Shown: piece after piece, positions 39,373 to 42,025 of the stretch
Layout of the letters: each line of letters opens with the position of its first letter
Position numbering within the stretch: the first letter of the stretch is position 1
IMG/VR virus record: IMGVR_UViG_3300020380_000280
Location: 1 to 42,025 of that record
Reading direction: 5' to 3' (one strand)
DNA from: a virus
Lineage: Duplodnaviria > Caudoviricetes
DNA length: 42,025 nt
Made by a program: the position numbers and the translations under genes
Notes under the pieces: generated by a model
Databases searched by the model: none
Told to the model about the DNA's origin: nothing
What the model saw: only the letters and a program-made list of their open reading frames with translations

Positions 39373-39850
39373 TTTCTTTGGATTCTACTATATTTTTAGC
39401 CCACCAATAAAGCTCATCTTCTTTTAACGTATGCTTCAACATGTTTGCTCTACTACAAACTAGCTGAATATTGGTGATTACATACTTAGTATCTGGATCT
39501 ATTCGGTCGATAGAAGCATTCAAATCTCGGTTACCACTACCATCTTTATGGTATGTCATGAATAAACCGGTCAATGCACACTTACCTTCTTGTTTTTCCC
39601 ACAACTCCAAAACATCTTCTAATTCAATATCCCACTCAACTTTTGACTTTTTCTTCTTAGTTCTGGCGTGTTTAAGTTGGCCAAACAGACGAGTCAAATA
39701 ATTCTGAGGTGTGGCGCTAGCATTCTTTTGCCGTAGCGCATAAGAACAAGGTTTACATTTTTTAGAATGAACTGTACCGCGGTCATTTTTTACCGCAAAT
39801 TCTTCTAAAGGCAACTCTTTCTTGCAAGAAGTACATTTCCTCGTACTCAT
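39365..39850 (-). CDS. Zn-finger + HNH-like endonuclease
   Basis: CTSC..CKPC, Q.GKCALTG and SIDRID....Y...NIQLVC..AN.LK. Confidence 0.75.
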   Translation of the reverse strand: MSTRKCTSCKKELPLEEFAVKNDRGTVHSKKCKPCSYALRQKNASATPQNYLTRLFGQLKHARTKKKKSKVEWDIELEDVLELWEKQEGKCALTGLFMTYHKDGSGNRDLNASIDRIDPDTKYVITNIQLVCSRANMLKHTLKEDELYWWAKNIVESKEND

Positions 39851-39969
39851 GCTTGCTCACTGTAGCACAAATTTTTGCTAGAAAATTTTTTTAATAAAAT
39901 TTTTTTCTTTATCGCTCACACAGGGTCCTACTATCATCTATCACTGCCAGCCCCTTCCCCGATTCCGGT

Positions 39970-40010
39970 TTTGGAACCTTGTTTCTAGTTTTTCGGAGTT
40001 GGAACCTTGT
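39970..40010. repeat. Direct repeat TTGGAACCTTGT x2 in the divergent intergenic region
   Basis: Copies at 39971-39982 and 39999-40010. Confidence 0.7.
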
Positions 40011-40059
40011 CAGGTACCTAGTTGTTGACCTTGCGCTTACCAGCGCTGCGGTTGGTAGC

Positions 40060-40079
40060 CTAGCTTAAGTGGAGTGTAA
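40060..40079 (+). promoter_or_regulatory. Repeated early-gene upstream motif, copy 1
   Basis: CTAGCTTAAGTGGAGTGTAA; 18/20 identical to 40966-40985. Confidence 0.6.
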
Positions 40080-40097
40080 ATAAAGGAGAATATTATC

Positions 40098-40634
40098 ATG
40101 ATACAATTTGGAAACATCTTCGCCGATGACAACATCGCCGGTCCAATCTTCGGAGAAGAGTACGAAACCCAACTGCTTAACGCAGTTAAATCTCTTCAAT
40201 ACCGAAGAGAGTTTGGACGCGGCGTTGCTTGGTTCGGCAAAGATATAAACTACATCTACAGCGGACGCTCGCACTACTCCAATCAGTGGCCTGATTGGTT
40301 AGCACCAATCGTCAACCACTTCGGCTACCATGTCGATTACAACGAACTAAGCAATGAGTGGAATCATTGCTTAGTTAATCACTACGCTCCCCACGAGCGT
40401 CTCGGTTGGCACCAAGACGACGAAGACTGCCTCGAAGGTAGCCTTCTATCAATCTCCCTCGGGGGGACTGGCGAGTTTAGTTACACCACCAATCGTAAGC
40501 TTTTCGGCAATACGATTTGTCTCTCTCACGGAGACTACATCATTGCCGATGGCGATTGGTGGCGCACTAACTACCACACCGCTAAGAACTGGAGCGAAGA
40601 CCGCTTCAATCTTACCTTCAGGCGAGTCAAGTAA
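40098..40634 (+). CDS. alkB: AlkB-family 2OG-Fe(II) dioxygenase
   Basis: Y.YSG..H, N.CLVN.Y, GWHQDDE, SISLG, distal H and RFNLTFR; AAGGAG RBS. Confidence 0.88.
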   Translation: MIQFGNIFADDNIAGPIFGEEYETQLLNAVKSLQYRREFGRGVAWFGKDINYIYSGRSHYSNQWPDWLAPIVNHFGYHVDYNELSNEWNHCLVNHYAPHERLGWHQDDEDCLEGSLLSISLGGTGEFSYTTNRKLFGNTICLSHGDYIIADGDWWRTNYHTAKNWSEDRFNLTFRRVK

Positions 40635-40960
40635 TGACTCGCCTAAGGGCGAACAAACCACCCACCTAACAAGGACATGGCTAAAGCCATGGCATCAGGT
40701 GTTGGCTACAACGCTCGCGCGTTGCACCACAACTTTGAGCGCATGCATTTGTTTTAGACTAACCTCCAGCAAAAATTAAACTGCAATGCACAGCATTGTC
40801 GGGTTCGCCGCAGGCGACCGCGCGATTGCGCTACCCTCAGTTTAATTTGTAGCTTACGGTTAGTACTATCATGCGCTTACTCTGTTCGCGTCACTACTGA
40901 CGCTCACTTTCACTCGGACGCTCCGCGTCCTTCGTGGAGAGCCGAACACGTTCGGCTTTT
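40620..40960 (+). other. Highly structured non-coding element (ncRNA or DNA secondary-structure element)
   Basis: At least a dozen stems, including a nested multi-branch fold at 40736-40879; ends in AGCCGAA-CACG-TTCGGCT-TTT. Confidence 0.55.
40940..40960 (+). terminator. Terminator-like hairpin
   Basis: 7-bp stem AGCCGAA/TTCGGCT followed by a short T run. Confidence 0.5.
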
Positions 40961-40961
40961 A

Positions 40962-40985
40962 AAATCTAGTTTAAATGGAGTGTAA
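40962..40985 (+). promoter_or_regulatory. Repeated early-gene upstream motif, copy 2
   Basis: AAATCTAGTTTAAATGGAGTGTAA. Confidence 0.6.
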
Positions 40986-41011
40986 TTAATTATCATTTTA
41001 TGGAGATTATT

Positions 41012-41392
41012 ATGTTTATTTTTACAACTCAGTTTGGAGAAGAATACATCTGTGAGTGTATTGTTTCTCAGTATCGCGAGAGCGGTGCATTTGCTCTTCA
41101 GTTAGTTGGCGCTGAAGACTCGCCTTATGAAGGTGAACCCATAGCCATGGCTACAGTAAACCTACCACACCTAAATGTAGGTCTTACTGACGGTGAACGA
41201 GTCCTCACCTTCATAAAGGACTGGTCAGAAAACCAAGGCATCTTGGACCAGCTTGTCGAACAAAATATGGTTCGTCGAGTCTGTCAACAAGGACAACCTG
41301 TTAGAGTCCCAACAGGGTATGTCCAAGCTGACTTGGTTGAAGTTATCTGCCCTACCATGGTCGATGACTTCAAGGAACTATCATCTAGGTAG
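41012..41392 (+). CDS. DUF4313-like protein
   Basis: ALQL.....GEP.A.ATVNL, FIKDWSEN.G....L and TGYV. GGAG RBS supports ATG 41012. Confidence 0.6.
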   Translation: MFIFTTQFGEEYICECIVSQYRESGAFALQLVGAEDSPYEGEPIAMATVNLPHLNVGLTDGERVLTFIKDWSENQGILDQLVEQNMVRRVCQQGQPVRVPTGYVQADLVEVICPTMVDDFKELSSR

Positions 41393-41454
41393 TTCCTCGT
41401 TGGCGGATAGTCACAGCTATTCGCCGGCTCGGCGCTCCGCGCCTCGCGGCAAAG

Positions 41455-41478
41455 AAATCTAGTTTAAGGTAAGTAAAT
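41455..41478 (+). promoter_or_regulatory. Repeated early-gene upstream motif, copy 3
   Basis: AAATCTAGTTTAA identical to 40962-40974; followed by GGAGATTATTATG as in copy 2. Confidence 0.6.
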
Positions 41479-41493
41479 ATAAAGGAGATTATT

Positions 41494-41667
41494 ATGAAAA
41501 AATGTGATTTATGTAGTGTTGAAGTGATTAATGGAGAAGAAATTTGTATTGGTCCCGCCGAACATATATGTGAAGATATTGTTGTTTGTATGGATTGTAT
41601 AGATGATATGGGTATTGATAAATGTATTCGCATAGCCGAAGAAAGTAGGGTATGGGATGAAGAGTAA
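41494..41667 (+). CDS. 57-aa acidic Cys-rich (Zn-finger-like) protein (not in the ORF track)
   Basis: AAGGAG RBS; MKKCDLCSVEVINGEEICIGPAEHICEDIVVCMDCIDDMGIDKCIRIAEESRVWDEE. Confidence 0.75.
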   Translation: MKKCDLCSVEVINGEEICIGPAEHICEDIVVCMDCIDDMGIDKCIRIAEESRVWDEE

Positions 41668-41677
41668 GGAGTATGTA

Positions 41678-41788
41678 ATGAAGAATATAAGTTATAGAAA
41701 AAAGAAACAGATAGCTAATGAGTTATATCTTTACAGGTATCTGATGTTTTTTGTTTTGGGTTTTTGTATTGGCTATTTTATAGGTTAA
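41678..41788 (+). CDS. 36-aa single-TM membrane microprotein (not in the ORF track)
   Basis: AAGGAG RBS; MKNISYRKKKQIANELYLYRYLMFFVLGFCIGYFIG. Confidence 0.6.
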   Translation: MKNISYRKKKQIANELYLYRYLMFFVLGFCIGYFIG

Positions 41789-41847
41789 TCTCCCTTGGGG
41801 CGGAACGATATAGTTTCGCCCCTCAAAAATTTCAAGTCACTAATCAG

Positions 41848-41874
41848 GGTGTGCGTGGTGTGCGTGGTGTGCCT
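41848..41874. repeat. 9-bp tandem repeat GGTGTGC(G/C)T x3
   Basis: GGTGTGCGT GGTGTGCGT GGTGTGCCT; two more GTGTGC copies within the next 35 bp. Confidence 0.7.
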
Positions 41875-42025
41875 AACTACTATCATGTGTGCGGTCGGAG
41901 TGTGCCCACCTACTATCATCTTTTTGTTGGGGACCCCCCACCCCAACGAGCTCGCGCTTACCAGCGCTCGCGGATCTTCGCTCCTTACCAGTCGCTCAGT
42001 AGGGAAATCGGAGATTTCCAAATCT

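Noticed and set aside
5785-39850. Stop-codon reassignment
   Set aside because: Genes tile densely under the standard code, with TAA, TAG and TGA all acting as stops.
40449-40779. Track ORFs 40543-40779 (+) and 40449-40661 (-)
   Set aside because: They overlap alkB, lack an RBS and run through the hairpin array.
40736-40879. tRNA, tmRNA or retron msr-msd
   Set aside because: No T-loop/CCA cloverleaf, no tag reading frame with tRNA-like ends, and no reverse transcriptase in the window.
41385-42021. Minus-strand ORFs 41385-41633 and 41785-42021
   Set aside because: The first is antisense to an RBS-supported + strand gene; the second spans repeats and hairpins with no coding signal.
40026-42025. 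CRISPR array or integron attC array
   Set aside because: Repeats are short, irregularly spaced and separated by whole genes; no consistent RYYYAAC/GTTRRRY ends and no integrase in the window.

Overview
About 42 kb of an AT-rich tailed dsDNA phage genome with podovirus-type architecture, resembling uncultured marine phages. The host cannot be determined from the sequence. Three blocks are visible. (1) A + strand replication/recombination operon (1-5788): truncated primase-linked SF3 helicase, Cas4/RecB-like PD-(D/E)XK nuclease, SNF2 helicase, Gam/Gp157-like protein, putative SSB, resolvase-like nuclease, DUF1289-like protein and HNH. (2) A long - strand late operon (39850 down to 5785): HNH-like nuclease, TerS, TerL, P22-like portal, scaffold, DUF4043-type major capsid, two head-tail adaptors, GNAT-like protein, ejection proteins including a 2757-aa giant, fibre/appendage genes, two 2OG-Fe(II) oxygenases, a lysis cassette, a tail nozzle, and a terminal cluster of very basic microproteins. 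(3) A divergent, GC-richer + strand region, probably early (40098 to end), where small genes (AlkB first) alternate with dense hairpin arrays. The most notable observations are: the giant internal virion protein carries a SLOG + zincin (HExxH) + NADAR cassette; a repeated hairpin + CTAGYTTAA + RBS unit precedes three early genes; a ~330-nt nested fold has promoter-like geometry; an array of small pseudoknot-like units lies ahead of the capsid gene; and there is a seven-gene cluster of mostly Lys/Arg-rich microproteins. No tRNA, rRNA, CRISPR array, integrase, reverse transcriptase or canonical DNA polymerase was seen. All family assignments are by-eye motif recognition, not database searches.
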